From: an uncultured Thermoleophilia bacterium
GTDB taxonomy: Bacteria; Actinomycetota; Thermoleophilia; UBA2241
Length of the DNA: 64,000 nucleotides
Direction of reading: 5' to 3'
Assembly: GCA_903927755.1 (NCBI GenBank)
Contig: CAIYOD010000032.1
Span: 2,391-66,390, forward strand
Both the position numbers and the translations under genes were made by a program. Of this stretch, positions 37,228 to 46,398 are shown piece after piece; positions within the stretch are counted from its first letter, which is position 1, and every line of letters starts with the position of its first letter. The notes under the pieces were generated by a model, which worked only from the letters and a program-made list of their open reading frames with translations, ran no database searches and was not told where the DNA came from.

Positions 37228-37435
37228 GGGTGTTTCTCCTCTCGCGGGCACGAAGCGCCACAGCTTGCGGCCCGAAGGCCGCGGGCGGCGCCGCAACTGG
37301 CTCTCGCGCGACTGTAGGGCAGGGTCAGGCGGATGCCCAGACGCGGAGGGGGATGTCCGGGATTCCGGACGCAAATGGGCGCGAGACGGCTGTGCCGTCG
37401 CGCCTTTCCGGACGGCCTCGAGCCGGTCGGACGGC

Positions 37436-38314
37436 CTAGGCGCGCACGCGCTGAGCGATCTCGCGGCCGACGGCCTCGACCATCCGCTGCGCGCGCACGA
37501 TGCCGAACTCCTCGACGCGCCAGCTTGGCGCGGTGATGCCGACGGCGGCGTCGTCGACGGGGAGGTCGATGGCGCAGACGATGGAGGTGACGCCGGTCTC
37601 GACCGCGTCCTTGGCGACGTGGGACGTGGTGCGGTCGTCGAAGGCGGCGCCGGTCGCCGTGCCCGCCAGCGGCACGCGGCGACCCACCCAGCCGCTGTGG
37701 CGCAGCGCGTAAGAGCTCTCGACCTGGTCGACGTAGATGGCGTGATCGCCGTCGAGCACGATGAGGTTGGCCGTCTCGCTGGTCGCGTCGCGCAGCCGCA
37801 CGAGGTGCGCGCGCGCCGCGATGCGCAGCCGGTCGACCCAGCCGACACGTGAGGCCAGGCTGACCAACTCGAGGCCGAGAGAGTAGGCGCCGTCCGGGTC
37901 GGCGTGCAGCAGGTCGCTCTCCACGAGATACGGCAGGATGCGGGTGACAGCCACCCGCGACATGCCGGCGCCGGTGGCGATCTGCTGGACGGTCAGGCCG
38001 CGCGACGACGTGGCGAACGCGCGCAGAACAGCGAGTCCGTGGGCGAAGAGCGGTGCGTCGGCGCTGAGCTCGAACGCCGCCGAGCCGAGCGACCAGGCGC
38101 GCTCGTCGGCGCGGTACGTGACGAAGCGCCGGTCCTTGAGCAGGTTGAGCAGCCCGTAGGTACTCGAGCGCGGGATGTGGCACGACGAGGCGATGATGCT
38201 CGCCGGCGCCGGGCTGGTGCGGCGGCCCAGGAACTCGAGCACGTCCAGCACGCGGGCCGCCCCCCAGGTCGTGCCTTCTTCCTCTGGCCTGTGCTCCTTG
38301 GGCATCGCGATCAC
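37436..38314 (-). CDS. IclR family transcriptional regulator
   Basis: N-terminal winged HTH (VLDVLEFLGRRTSPAPASIIASSCHIPRSSTYGLLNLLKDRRFV) plus a C-terminal IclR effector domain. Divergent from the mttB-like operon. Confidence 0.85.
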   Translation of the reverse strand: MIAMPKEHRPEEEGTTWGAARVLDVLEFLGRRTSPAPASIIASSCHIPRSSTYGLLNLLKDRRFVTYRADERAWSLGSAAFELSADAPLFAHGLAVLRAFATSSRGLTVQQIATGAGMSRVAVTRILPYLVESDLLHADPDGAYSLGLELVSLASRVGWVDRLRIAARAHLVRLRDATSETANLIVLDGDHAIYVDQVESSYALRHSGWVGRRVPLAGTATGAAFDDRTTSHVAKDAVETGVTSIVCAIDLPVDDAAVGITAPSWRVEEFGIVRAQRMVEAVGREIAQRVRA

Positions 38315-38452
38315 CTCCGTGATAATCCAGCATAACGGCCATCTCGACGCACGACAACGAAAACGAGTACAGAACTCTGGACATCGGCGGCGGGGTCTTG
38401 CAGCCGGGGCGAGGCGGCGTCAGGGTGGAGCGCGCGAGACTCTCACAGACCA

Positions 38453-39946
38453 TTGGAGGAGCCGACAGTGCCCACCTCACCAGTTGACGGACGGCGTCCC
38501 GGCCGTCTCACGTATCTCAGCGACGCCGACAAGACGGCCATCTACGAGGCCGCGCTCGAGATCATCGGGTCCATCGGCATGCGCGTCCTGCACCCCGAAG
38601 CCCTCGACTTGCTGCGCGCGGCGGGCGCCGAGATCGTCGAGCCGGATCTCGTGAAGATCCCGCGCGAGCTCGTGGAGAAGGCGCGAAGCACGGCTCCGGC
38701 GGTCATCGAGGTCTTCGACCGTGCCGGCGAGCACGCCATGTCCCTCGGCCGTCACAACAGCTACTTCGGGACCGGCTCGGACCTCATGAGCACCTACGAC
38801 CTCGAGACCGGCGAGCACCGCCCGAGCGGCATCGCCGACGTCGCCCGGGCCGCCCGGCTCTGCGACGCGCTGCCCAACATCGACTTCGTCATGTCGTGCG
38901 CGCACCCGAACGACATCGAGCCGCAGCGCTCGTACCTGGAGAGCTTCAAGGCGATGGTCGCCAACACGACCAAGCCGATGGTCATGACCTCCGAGCACGG
39001 TGGCGACCTGGCCGTGATGTGCGCGATCGCCGAGGCGCTGCGCGGTGGGCCGGAAGAGCTGGCCGCCAAGCCGTACTTCACCATGTACCTCGAGCCGGTG
39101 AGCCCACTGAGCCACCCGGTCGAGAGCATCGACAAGCTGCTCTTCTGCGCCGACCACGGCATCCCGGCGATCTACTCGCCGGCGCCACTGGCGGGCGGCA
39201 CGGCGCCGATCACGGTGGCCGGCCATACCTGCCAGGGCGTGGCCGAATCCCTCTTCGGGCTCGTCATCCACCAGCTGCGCAAGCCGGGCGCGCCGTTCCT
39301 GTTCGGGATCGGCCCGGCGGTGCTCGACATGGCCACCTCGCAGAGCTCGTACAACGCGCCCGAATACCTGATGACGTTCCTGTGCCAGATCGAGATGGCG
39401 CGCTGGCTCGATCTGCCCAACTGGGGCTACGGCGGCACATCTGACTCACAGGTCGTGGATGCGCAGGCCGGCATGGAGATCGCCGAGCTGGCATTCCTGT
39501 GCCTCGCCGCAGGGTCCAACCTCAACCACGACGTGGGCTATCTCGACTTCGGCCTCACGGCCTCACTCGAGCTCATCGTCATCGTGGACGAGTACATCGC
39601 CATGAACCGCAAGCTCTTCGCCGGCGTCGAGGTGACGCCGCAGACGCTGGCCGTCGACGTGGTCCGCGACGTCGGCCCCGGCGGCGACTTCCTCGCCCAC
39701 CGCCACACCGCCAAGAACGTGCGCAAGGCGCAGTGGCGCCCGACGATCATCAACCGTCAGGGCCACGTGCGCTGGGCCGAAGAAGGCGGGCTCGACCTCA
39801 AGGAGAAAGCCCGCCTCAAGGCTCTCGGGCTGCTCAAGACGCATGAGCCCGCGCCGCTGTCGGCAGAGCTGGCGGCGCGCATCGACGCGCTGGTCGCTGC
39901 GTTCACGCCCGGCGACGCCACAGCGTCCGCCGGGGCGGAGGGCTGA
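38453..39946 (+). CDS. MttB-superfamily methyltransferase (non-pyrrolysine), paralog 1
   Basis: LSDADKTAIYEAALEIIGSIGMRVLHPEALDLLRAAGAEI, GTSDSQVVDAQAG and GPGGDFLAHRHT are present. The ORF is uninterrupted with no in-frame TAG. The exact start is uncertain. Confidence 0.85.
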   Translation: MEEPTVPTSPVDGRRPGRLTYLSDADKTAIYEAALEIIGSIGMRVLHPEALDLLRAAGAEIVEPDLVKIPRELVEKARSTAPAVIEVFDRAGEHAMSLGRHNSYFGTGSDLMSTYDLETGEHRPSGIADVARAARLCDALPNIDFVMSCAHPNDIEPQRSYLESFKAMVANTTKPMVMTSEHGGDLAVMCAIAEALRGGPEELAAKPYFTMYLEPVSPLSHPVESIDKLLFCADHGIPAIYSPAPLAGGTAPITVAGHTCQGVAESLFGLVIHQLRKPGAPFLFGIGPAVLDMATSQSSYNAPEYLMTFLCQIEMARWLDLPNWGYGGTSDSQVVDAQAGMEIAELAFLCLAAGSNLNHDVGYLDFGLTASLELIVIVDEYIAMNRKLFAGVEVTPQTLAVDVVRDVGPGGDFLAHRHTAKNVRKAQWRPTIINRQGHVRWAEEGGLDLKEKARLKALGLLKTHEPAPLSAELAARIDALVAAFTPGDATASAGAEG

Positions 39947-39949
39947 GCC

Positions 39950-41374
39950 GTGGGCGCCCGCCTCTCGTACCTCTCGGACGACGACAAGACGGCCATCTAC
40001 GAGGCCGCGCTCGAGATCATGAGCACCATCGGCCAGCGGGTGCATCACCCGGAGGCGCTGGAGCTTCTGCGTGCGGCCGGCGCCGAGATCGTCGAGCCCG
40101 ATCTCGTCAAGATCCCACGCGAGCTCGTGGAGAAGGCGCGGCGTACGGCGCCGGCGGTCATCGAGGTCTACGACCGCGCCGGCGAGCACGCCATGTCGCT
40201 CGGCCGCACCAACTCGTACTTCGGCAACGGCTCGGCGGTCACCGGCGTCTACGACGTGGAGACCGGCGAGCACCGGCCCACCGTCCTCGCCGACGGCGAG
40301 ATGGCGGCGCGCCTCTGCGACGCCCTCCCGCAGGTCGACTTCGTCATGGCGTACGCGCATCCGGGCGACTTCGACCCGCACGTCGCGCTGCTCCAGAGCT
40401 TCCGTGCGATGGTCAAGAACACGTCCAAGCCGCTGTGCGCGGTCGCGGAGAACAAGCGCGATCTCGCGGCGATGACGGAGATCGCAGCGGCCGTGCGCGG
40501 CGGCGGCGCCGAGCTCGCCGCCAAGCCGTATTTCGTCCTCTACCTCGAGCCGACAAGCGCCCTGAGTCACCCAGTCGACAGCCTCGACAAGCTGCTCGTC
40601 TGCGCCGACCATGGCATTCCCGCGATCTACTCGCCGGCGCCGCTCGCCGGCGGGACGGCGCCCATCACCATCGCCGGGCAGATCGCCCAGGGCACCGCCG
40701 AGTCGCTGCTCGGTCTTGTCATCCACCAGCTGCGCAACCCCGGCGCGCCGTTCCTCTACGGCGTCGGCCCCGCCGTCCTCGACATGGCGACCTCGCAGAG
40801 CTCGTACAACGCGCCCGAGTACCTCATGGGCTACGTCTGCGCGGTCGAGCTGGCGCGCTGGCTGGACCTGCCCAACTGGGGCTACGCCGGCACCACCGAC
40901 GCACAGGTGATCGACGCACAGGCGGGCATGGAGGCGGCCGAGTTGACCTTCCTCAGCATGGTCATCGGGTCCAACCTGAACCACGATCTCGGCTACCTCG
41001 ACTTCGGCATGACCGGGTCGCTGGAGCTGATCGTGCTGGCGGACGAGTTCCTCGCGCTGAACCGCAAGCTGGTCGCCGGCGTCGAGGTGACGCCGGAGAC
41101 GCTGGCCGTCGACGTGGTCCGCGACGTCGGTCCCGGCGGCGACTTCCTCGCCCACCGCCACACGGCCAAGAACGTGCGCAAGGCGCAGTGGCGGCCGACG
41201 ATCATCAACCGCCAGGGTCACGTCCGCTGGGCCGAAGAGGGCGGGCTCGACCTCAAGGAGAAAGCCCGCCTCAAGGCTCTCAGGCTGCTCGAGACGCATG
41301 AGCCCGCGCCGCTGTCGGCAGAGCTGGCGGCGCGCATCGACGCGCTGGTCGACGGGTTCACACCGGAGGGCTGA
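39950..41374 (+). CDS. MttB-superfamily methyltransferase (non-pyrrolysine), paralog 2
   Basis: GTG start 3 nt after the paralog 1 stop. Close paralog of the previous gene, with near-identical N- and C-terminal segments. Confidence 0.85.
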   Translation: MGARLSYLSDDDKTAIYEAALEIMSTIGQRVHHPEALELLRAAGAEIVEPDLVKIPRELVEKARRTAPAVIEVYDRAGEHAMSLGRTNSYFGNGSAVTGVYDVETGEHRPTVLADGEMAARLCDALPQVDFVMAYAHPGDFDPHVALLQSFRAMVKNTSKPLCAVAENKRDLAAMTEIAAAVRGGGAELAAKPYFVLYLEPTSALSHPVDSLDKLLVCADHGIPAIYSPAPLAGGTAPITIAGQIAQGTAESLLGLVIHQLRNPGAPFLYGVGPAVLDMATSQSSYNAPEYLMGYVCAVELARWLDLPNWGYAGTTDAQVIDAQAGMEAAELTFLSMVIGSNLNHDLGYLDFGMTGSLELIVLADEFLALNRKLVAGVEVTPETLAVDVVRDVGPGGDFLAHRHTAKNVRKAQWRPTIINRQGHVRWAEEGGLDLKEKARLKALRLLETHEPAPLSAELAARIDALVDGFTPEG

Positions 41375-41376
41375 CG

Positions 41377-42777
41377 ATGAACCTCGGCGCCGAGCTGCCG
41401 CAGGCGGCCTCGATCGCCGCCGTCCACGAGAGCGCACTGCGCGTGCTCGAGCGGACCGGCGTCCTCGTCCAGGACGACGAGGCCGTCGAGGTGCTCCGCT
41501 CCCGCGGAGCACGCTGCGACGGCCGCCGCGTCTTTCTGGACGAGGATCTGGTGCAGCGCGCTCTCTCGACCGCGCCGTCCTCGTTCGTGCTCGCCGGCCG
41601 CAGGCCCGAGCTCGGCCTGCCACTCGGCGGCGTCGACGGCCGGGTCTTCGGCTCCGGCTCCGGCGCCGCCTACATGCTGGAGGGCCTCACGATGCGGCCA
41701 GGCACCCTGGCCGATCTGGAGAACACGGCCAAGCTCGGCCACCAGCTGCCGGCCATCGATCTCAACAGCGACTGCATGGAGCCGCTCGACCTGCCCGAGG
41801 CCGTCCGCACTCGCCGCGGCACGCACGCTCGCCTCGTGGCGAGCGACAAGGCCATCGAGTGGGTCGCTTCGGTCGACGAGGACGTCGACGAGGGCGAACG
41901 CATCAACGAGATCCTCTTCGGCGCGGAGTGGCACTCCCGTCCGCGTGCCCTGATCGTGCTCAACACCACCGCGCCGCTGCAAATCTCCGGCGAGACGGCG
42001 CGGATCCTGCTCCGTTGGGCCCGTCTGGGGCAGCCCGTGTGCATGACTTCGTGTGTCATGGGCGGCACCACCGGCCCGGCGACGATCGCCGGAGTGCTCG
42101 CCGTACAGCACGCGGAGGTGCTCGCAACGGTCGTGCTCGGACAGGCGACCCGCGAGGGCTCGCCGTTCGTCTACGGCGGCCTGCCGGTGATGGCATCGCT
42201 GCGCACCGGAGCCGCCCAGTTCGGTGTGCCCGAGTTCTCGCGGCTGGCAGTCGCGACCGCGCAGCTGGCGCACCTGTGTGGCCTGCCGGTACGGGCCGGT
42301 GCGGCTGCCACTGACGCCCATGCCGTAGACGGACGCGCGATGGCCGAGTCTGCGGCGGGCCTCTCGGCCGCCGTGTTCGCCGGCGCTCACTTCCTCTTCC
42401 AGGCCGCCGGCATGCTGAGCTCGTTCAACGCGCTCTCGCTGGAGAAGTACGTGCTCGACGCCGACCTGATCACCGCGCTGCGAGCGGCGGTAGACCCCGT
42501 CCGCGCCGGCGAGGACGACCTCGCCGAAGACGTCGTCGACGCGGTCGGCCCCGGCGGCGGCTACCTTGCGCAGGCGCACACGCGCCGCCACGCGCGCGAC
42601 TGCCAGCGCCCGGGCCGGCAGCAGCCCGAGCCCTTCGCGCGCTGGGCAGCGGAGGGCGGCGAGGACGCAGTCGCCGTCGCCGCCCGCCGCGTCCAGGAGC
42701 TCCTGGACGCGCACCAGCCGCCCGATGACCTCGACGCCGTCACGCGGCGGCAGCTAGACCAGTACTGCCTGGCCTGA
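41377..42777 (+). CDS. MttB-superfamily methyltransferase (non-pyrrolysine), divergent paralog 3
   Basis: AAVHESALRVLERTGVLVQDDEAVEVLRSRGA and GPGGGYLAQAHT are present. It has the same fold-family hallmarks and a continuous ORF. Confidence 0.8.
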   Translation: MNLGAELPQAASIAAVHESALRVLERTGVLVQDDEAVEVLRSRGARCDGRRVFLDEDLVQRALSTAPSSFVLAGRRPELGLPLGGVDGRVFGSGSGAAYMLEGLTMRPGTLADLENTAKLGHQLPAIDLNSDCMEPLDLPEAVRTRRGTHARLVASDKAIEWVASVDEDVDEGERINEILFGAEWHSRPRALIVLNTTAPLQISGETARILLRWARLGQPVCMTSCVMGGTTGPATIAGVLAVQHAEVLATVVLGQATREGSPFVYGGLPVMASLRTGAAQFGVPEFSRLAVATAQLAHLCGLPVRAGAAATDAHAVDGRAMAESAAGLSAAVFAGAHFLFQAAGMLSSFNALSLEKYVLDADLITALRAAVDPVRAGEDDLAEDVVDAVGPGGGYLAQAHTRRHARDCQRPGRQQPEPFARWAAEGGEDAVAVAARRVQELLDAHQPPDDLDAVTRRQLDQYCLA

Positions 42778-42989
42778 CGGCCGCGGTGCTACCGGCAGGG
42801 CATCGGGCAGCCGGCTGCCGGCGGACCGGTGCGAAGATCCGGACGGCGCGGCAACTGGATCACGAAACGCTCCGGTATCCGAGACTGCGACGTCGCTGCC
42901 TTGTCCGCGGCGTGGCGCCCCACAGATAGTGCCTGTTGCGGACTCCGGGTCGCCGACCCGGTCCGAACCACAGCTTCAGGAGTGACAGC

Positions 42990-44096
42990 ATGAAGACTCC
43001 ACTTCGTCTGACAGTGTGCGGCGCCGGGGGTGCCGGCCTGGCGATAGCCGCGGACAGCGCCCTCAAGGGCATCGGCGTCACGCTGTTCGAATTGCCGCAA
43101 CTCGCGGACAAGCTCGAGACGCCGCGAGCGCGGGGCGGGATCGAGGTCACGGCCGACTCGGAGACGACCGCCGGCGAGACCGGCTTCGCCCGCCTCGCCG
43201 GCGTCACCGACGACGCGGCGGAGGCCGTCGCCGACGCCGACGTGGTCATGATCACGGTGCCGGCGATGTACCACGATGTCTTCATGGACGCCGTGGCGCC
43301 GCACCTCACGGACGGCCAGATCGTGCTGTTCAACACCGGCTACTGGTCGGCCCTGCGCCAGACGCGGCGGCTCGGCGCCGCGCTCCCCGACGTCACGCTC
43401 GCCGAGTCGAACATCATGCCGTACATCTGCCAGCCGCGCGGCGACGCCATCCACATCGGTCGCTTCAAGCGGCACTTCTGCGTCGCCGCGTTCCCCGGCG
43501 AGCGCAGCGCCGCCACGTACGACGTCCTGCGTCACATCTACGCGCAGTACGACCCCGCGGCGACGGTCCTCGACACCAACATCGCCGCGGCCGGCAACCC
43601 GCCGATCCACGTGACCCTCACCATCCCCATCGCCGGCCTCTACTTCGACCGGTACATGGGCGGCAAGTTCTACCAGGACACGACCATCCCCGGCGCCCGG
43701 CTGGTCACGGCGTTCGACGCCGAGCGTGAGCGGCTCGCCGCGCATCTCGGATCGGAGTCGTTCGAGGACCAGGTGAGCTTCGACCGGCGGTCGTATCTCT
43801 ACGAGGGCGACGATCTCGTCCAGATGCTCCGCTCGTCGCCGCACGCGGACTGGTTCGCGACGGCGGCATATCTGGAACAGGTGGGCAGCGAGGACATCAT
43901 CTACTCGTACGTGCCGATGGTGCGGCTCGGCGAGGCGCTGGGCATAGACCTTCCGGTGACCCGCGCGATGGTGGAGGTGATGGGCGTGATGCTGCAGCGC
44001 GACTACTGGGCCGAGGGCGTGAGCCTCGCCGCACTCGGGCTGGACGGCCTCGACCTGGAGGGCGTCCGGCGGTTCGTGACCACGGGCCGGCGCTGA
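42990..44096 (+). CDS. NAD(P)-dependent opine (octopine/nopaline) dehydrogenase family protein
   Basis: In the frame of ORF 42936..44096, starting at the ATG at 42990. Rossmann motif LTVCGAGGAGLAIAADSA. The C-terminal region has NPPIHV and the typical length. Confidence 0.7.
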   Translation: MKTPLRLTVCGAGGAGLAIAADSALKGIGVTLFELPQLADKLETPRARGGIEVTADSETTAGETGFARLAGVTDDAAEAVADADVVMITVPAMYHDVFMDAVAPHLTDGQIVLFNTGYWSALRQTRRLGAALPDVTLAESNIMPYICQPRGDAIHIGRFKRHFCVAAFPGERSAATYDVLRHIYAQYDPAATVLDTNIAAAGNPPIHVTLTIPIAGLYFDRYMGGKFYQDTTIPGARLVTAFDAERERLAAHLGSESFEDQVSFDRRSYLYEGDDLVQMLRSSPHADWFATAAYLEQVGSEDIIYSYVPMVRLGEALGIDLPVTRAMVEVMGVMLQRDYWAEGVSLAALGLDGLDLEGVRRFVTTGRR

Positions 44097-44106
44097 GGGA
44101 GCACGC

Positions 44107-45528
44107 ATGACGGTGCTGCTGACCGGACGGGACCTGACGCCGGCGGACGTCGTCGCGGTCGCGCGCGCGGGCGCGCCCGCCGCGCTCGCCGAGGCGGCGC
44201 TCGACGCCATGCTCGAGGCGAACGCGCTGGCCGAACTGACCTTCGAGCGCGGCCTGCCGACCTACGGGCTCACCACGGGCCTCGGCGCCCAGAAACGCAC
44301 CTCGCTGCGCCGAGACGACGGAGGGTTCAGCTGGCGGCAGATCGCGGAGAGCCGCGTGGGGCAAGGGCCGGCGGCGCCGCGCGAAGCCGTGCGCGCCGCG
44401 ATGCTCGTGCTCGCCAACCAGTTCGCCGGGGCGAGCACGTGTGTGCGCCCGGTGCTCGCCGACGAGCTCGTCCGGGCGCTCAACGACGACCGGATCCCGG
44501 AGGTCCGGCTGCTCGGGTCGCTCGGTGCCTCCGACCTCGCGCCGATGGCCGACATCGCGCACGGCGTCTTCGCCGGGATGGAGCTGGCCCCCGGCGAAGG
44601 GCTGGCGCTGATCAACACGAGCGCGTTCGGCACCGGCCTGGCGACGCTCGCGCTGGTCGACGCTGCGCGCCTTCTCGACGCCGCCGACGTGGCCGGCGCC
44701 CTGGCGCTCGAGGGCTTCGCCGCCAACCTGTCGGCGCTGGACCCCGTGATCGAGCACGCGCGCCCCGACCCGGTGCTCGCGCGCACCCTCGAGCGCTTCC
44801 GGCTCCTGCTCGAAGGCAGCTACCTCTGGCAGGAGGGGGCTGCGCGGAACCTGCAGGACCCGCTCACCTTCCGCAGCACAGCGCCCATCCAGGCGGCCGC
44901 CCGCGCCGGGTTGGAGCACGCCCTGGCGCTCCTCGGCCGCGAGCTGAACTCGGCTCAGGGCAACCCGCTCGTCTCCGCCTCCGCCGGCCGGATCCTGTCC
45001 ACCGGCGTCTACGAGGTGCTCGGCCTCGCCGCCGTGCTCGACTACGCGCGCATCCTCCTGGCGTCGGTCCTGAGCGCGGCCAGCGAGCGCGCCGTCAAGC
45101 TGCTCGACACGCCGTGGTCTGGTCTTCCCACCGGCCTCCTGCCGGGAGACGGTCCCGACCTCGGGCTGAGCATCCACGCGATCGCCGCCCAGGCGCTGGC
45201 CGCCGAGGCGAGCCTGCTCGCCCAGCCGGTGTCGTTCACGGTCTTGAGCACCGCCGGCGCCGAAGGCATCGAGGACCGGGCGACGCTGCTGCCGCTCTCG
45301 GCCCGACGCCTGGCCGAGGTGGTCGAACTGGGCGAGGGCGTGATCGCGGTGGAGCTCCTCGTCGCCGCGCAGGCCGTGGATACGCGCGGCTCCTCGCCGC
45401 TCGGGACTGGCACAGGTGCGGCGCATGCGAGGATCCGCGAAGTGGTCCCCGCGACGGGCCCCGGCGCCGCGCCGCCGGTGGACGTCGGCCCGGTGCGCGC
45501 GCTCATCCGTGCCGGCCTCATCACGTGA
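44107..45528 (+). CDS. Aromatic amino acid lyase family protein lacking the MIO glycine (HAL-like, probably MIO-less)
   Basis: YGLTTGLG is conserved, but the triad region reads GSLGAS-DLAPM (A141-S142-D143) instead of GSVGASGDLAP. 473 aa. Confidence 0.75.
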   Translation: MTVLLTGRDLTPADVVAVARAGAPAALAEAALDAMLEANALAELTFERGLPTYGLTTGLGAQKRTSLRRDDGGFSWRQIAESRVGQGPAAPREAVRAAMLVLANQFAGASTCVRPVLADELVRALNDDRIPEVRLLGSLGASDLAPMADIAHGVFAGMELAPGEGLALINTSAFGTGLATLALVDAARLLDAADVAGALALEGFAANLSALDPVIEHARPDPVLARTLERFRLLLEGSYLWQEGAARNLQDPLTFRSTAPIQAAARAGLEHALALLGRELNSAQGNPLVSASAGRILSTGVYEVLGLAAVLDYARILLASVLSAASERAVKLLDTPWSGLPTGLLPGDGPDLGLSIHAIAAQALAAEASLLAQPVSFTVLSTAGAEGIEDRATLLPLSARRLAEVVELGEGVIAVELLVAAQAVDTRGSSPLGTGTGAAHARIREVVPATGPGAAPPVDVGPVRALIRAGLIT

Positions 45529-45641
45529 TCCGGCCGTGACCCGTCGCCGGCGCGCGAGATCCCGACCATGCCGACGGCGCCGGCGCAAGGACAGAATGAT
45601 GGTTCGCGCGCCCCTGGGCGCGCCGCGATGAAGGAGCGACC

Positions 45642-46280
45642 ATGGGAACGTTGACCGACCTCACTGTCGATGGTTTTGCCGGAGCCGTCGCGTCCGACGC
45701 GCCGGCCCCCGGCGGCGGCAGCGCCGCCGCCCTGGCCGGCGCGGTCGCGGCAGGCCTCGTCGCGATGGTCTGCCGCCTCAGCATCGGCAGGGACGACATC
45801 GCCGCGACGAGCGAGGAGCTGTCCCGGACGCTCGAGCGCTGCGAGGTGCTGCGCCTGCGCTTCGTCGAGCTGGTCGACGAGGACACTTCCGCCTTCGACG
45901 CGGTCATGGACGCGATTCGCATGCCGAAGGCGGACGATGCCCAGCGCGCGGCGCGGTCGGCTGCGCTGGCGCAGGCCACCCTGAACGCGGCCGCGGTACC
46001 GCTGGAGACCCTGACGGCGGCGCGAGAGACGCTCGACCTGGCCGCGCCCCTCGCCGGCCGCTCCAACTCCGGCGCCGCGAGCGACCTGGGCGTCGGCGTC
46101 CACCTCGCGCACACGGCCGCGGAGGGCGCCCTGCTCAACGTGGCCATCAACCTGGCGTCGCTCCCGGCGAGCGCGGACGCCGACCGCCTGAGCCGCGAGA
46201 GCCGCGCGGCGATCGCCGCGGCGCGCGCCTCCGCGACGGCGACGTCGGAGGTCATCGCGGCCGGTCTCGGCCTGGCCTGA
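45642..46280 (+). CDS. Cyclodeaminase/cyclohydrolase family protein (FTCD C-terminal / FchA-like)
   Basis: FAGAVASDAPAPGGGSAAALAGAVAAGLVAMV, DTSAFDAVMDA and NLGVGVHLA-type helices are diagnostic of the FTCD_C family. Confidence 0.8.
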   Translation: MGTLTDLTVDGFAGAVASDAPAPGGGSAAALAGAVAAGLVAMVCRLSIGRDDIAATSEELSRTLERCEVLRLRFVELVDEDTSAFDAVMDAIRMPKADDAQRAARSAALAQATLNAAAVPLETLTAARETLDLAAPLAGRSNSGAASDLGVGVHLAHTAAEGALLNVAINLASLPASADADRLSRESRAAIAAARASATATSEVIAAGLGLA

Positions 46281-46398
46281 GCCGCGTCGCGCGGCTGCGT
46301 TCCCATCCATGTCCCGAGACTTACGGCGCATCGGCTTGCACGCTCATACCCCCCCTGCGTATCGTGAGGCGGCTACTCCACGTCGGCGGAGGACCCTG

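Noticed and set aside
37228-37848. N-terminal extension of the HAL ORF (35704-37848) overlapping the IclR gene
   Set aside because: HAL homology starts at VTITLDG, with a good RBS upstream of the GTG at 37227. The extension is Arg/Ser/Pro-rich and overlaps the real IclR coding frame.
39563-42714. Long minus-strand ORFs (39563-41623, 41218-42714) antisense to the MttB genes
   Set aside because: These are shadow ORFs with the same low-complexity composition. Their internal duplication simply mirrors the MttB1/MttB2 paralogy.
38453-42777. Possible in-frame amber (pyrrolysine) codons in the MttB genes
   Set aside because: All three ORFs are continuous from start to stop with no internal TAG. 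No pyl genes are in the window, so these are non-Pyl MttB members.
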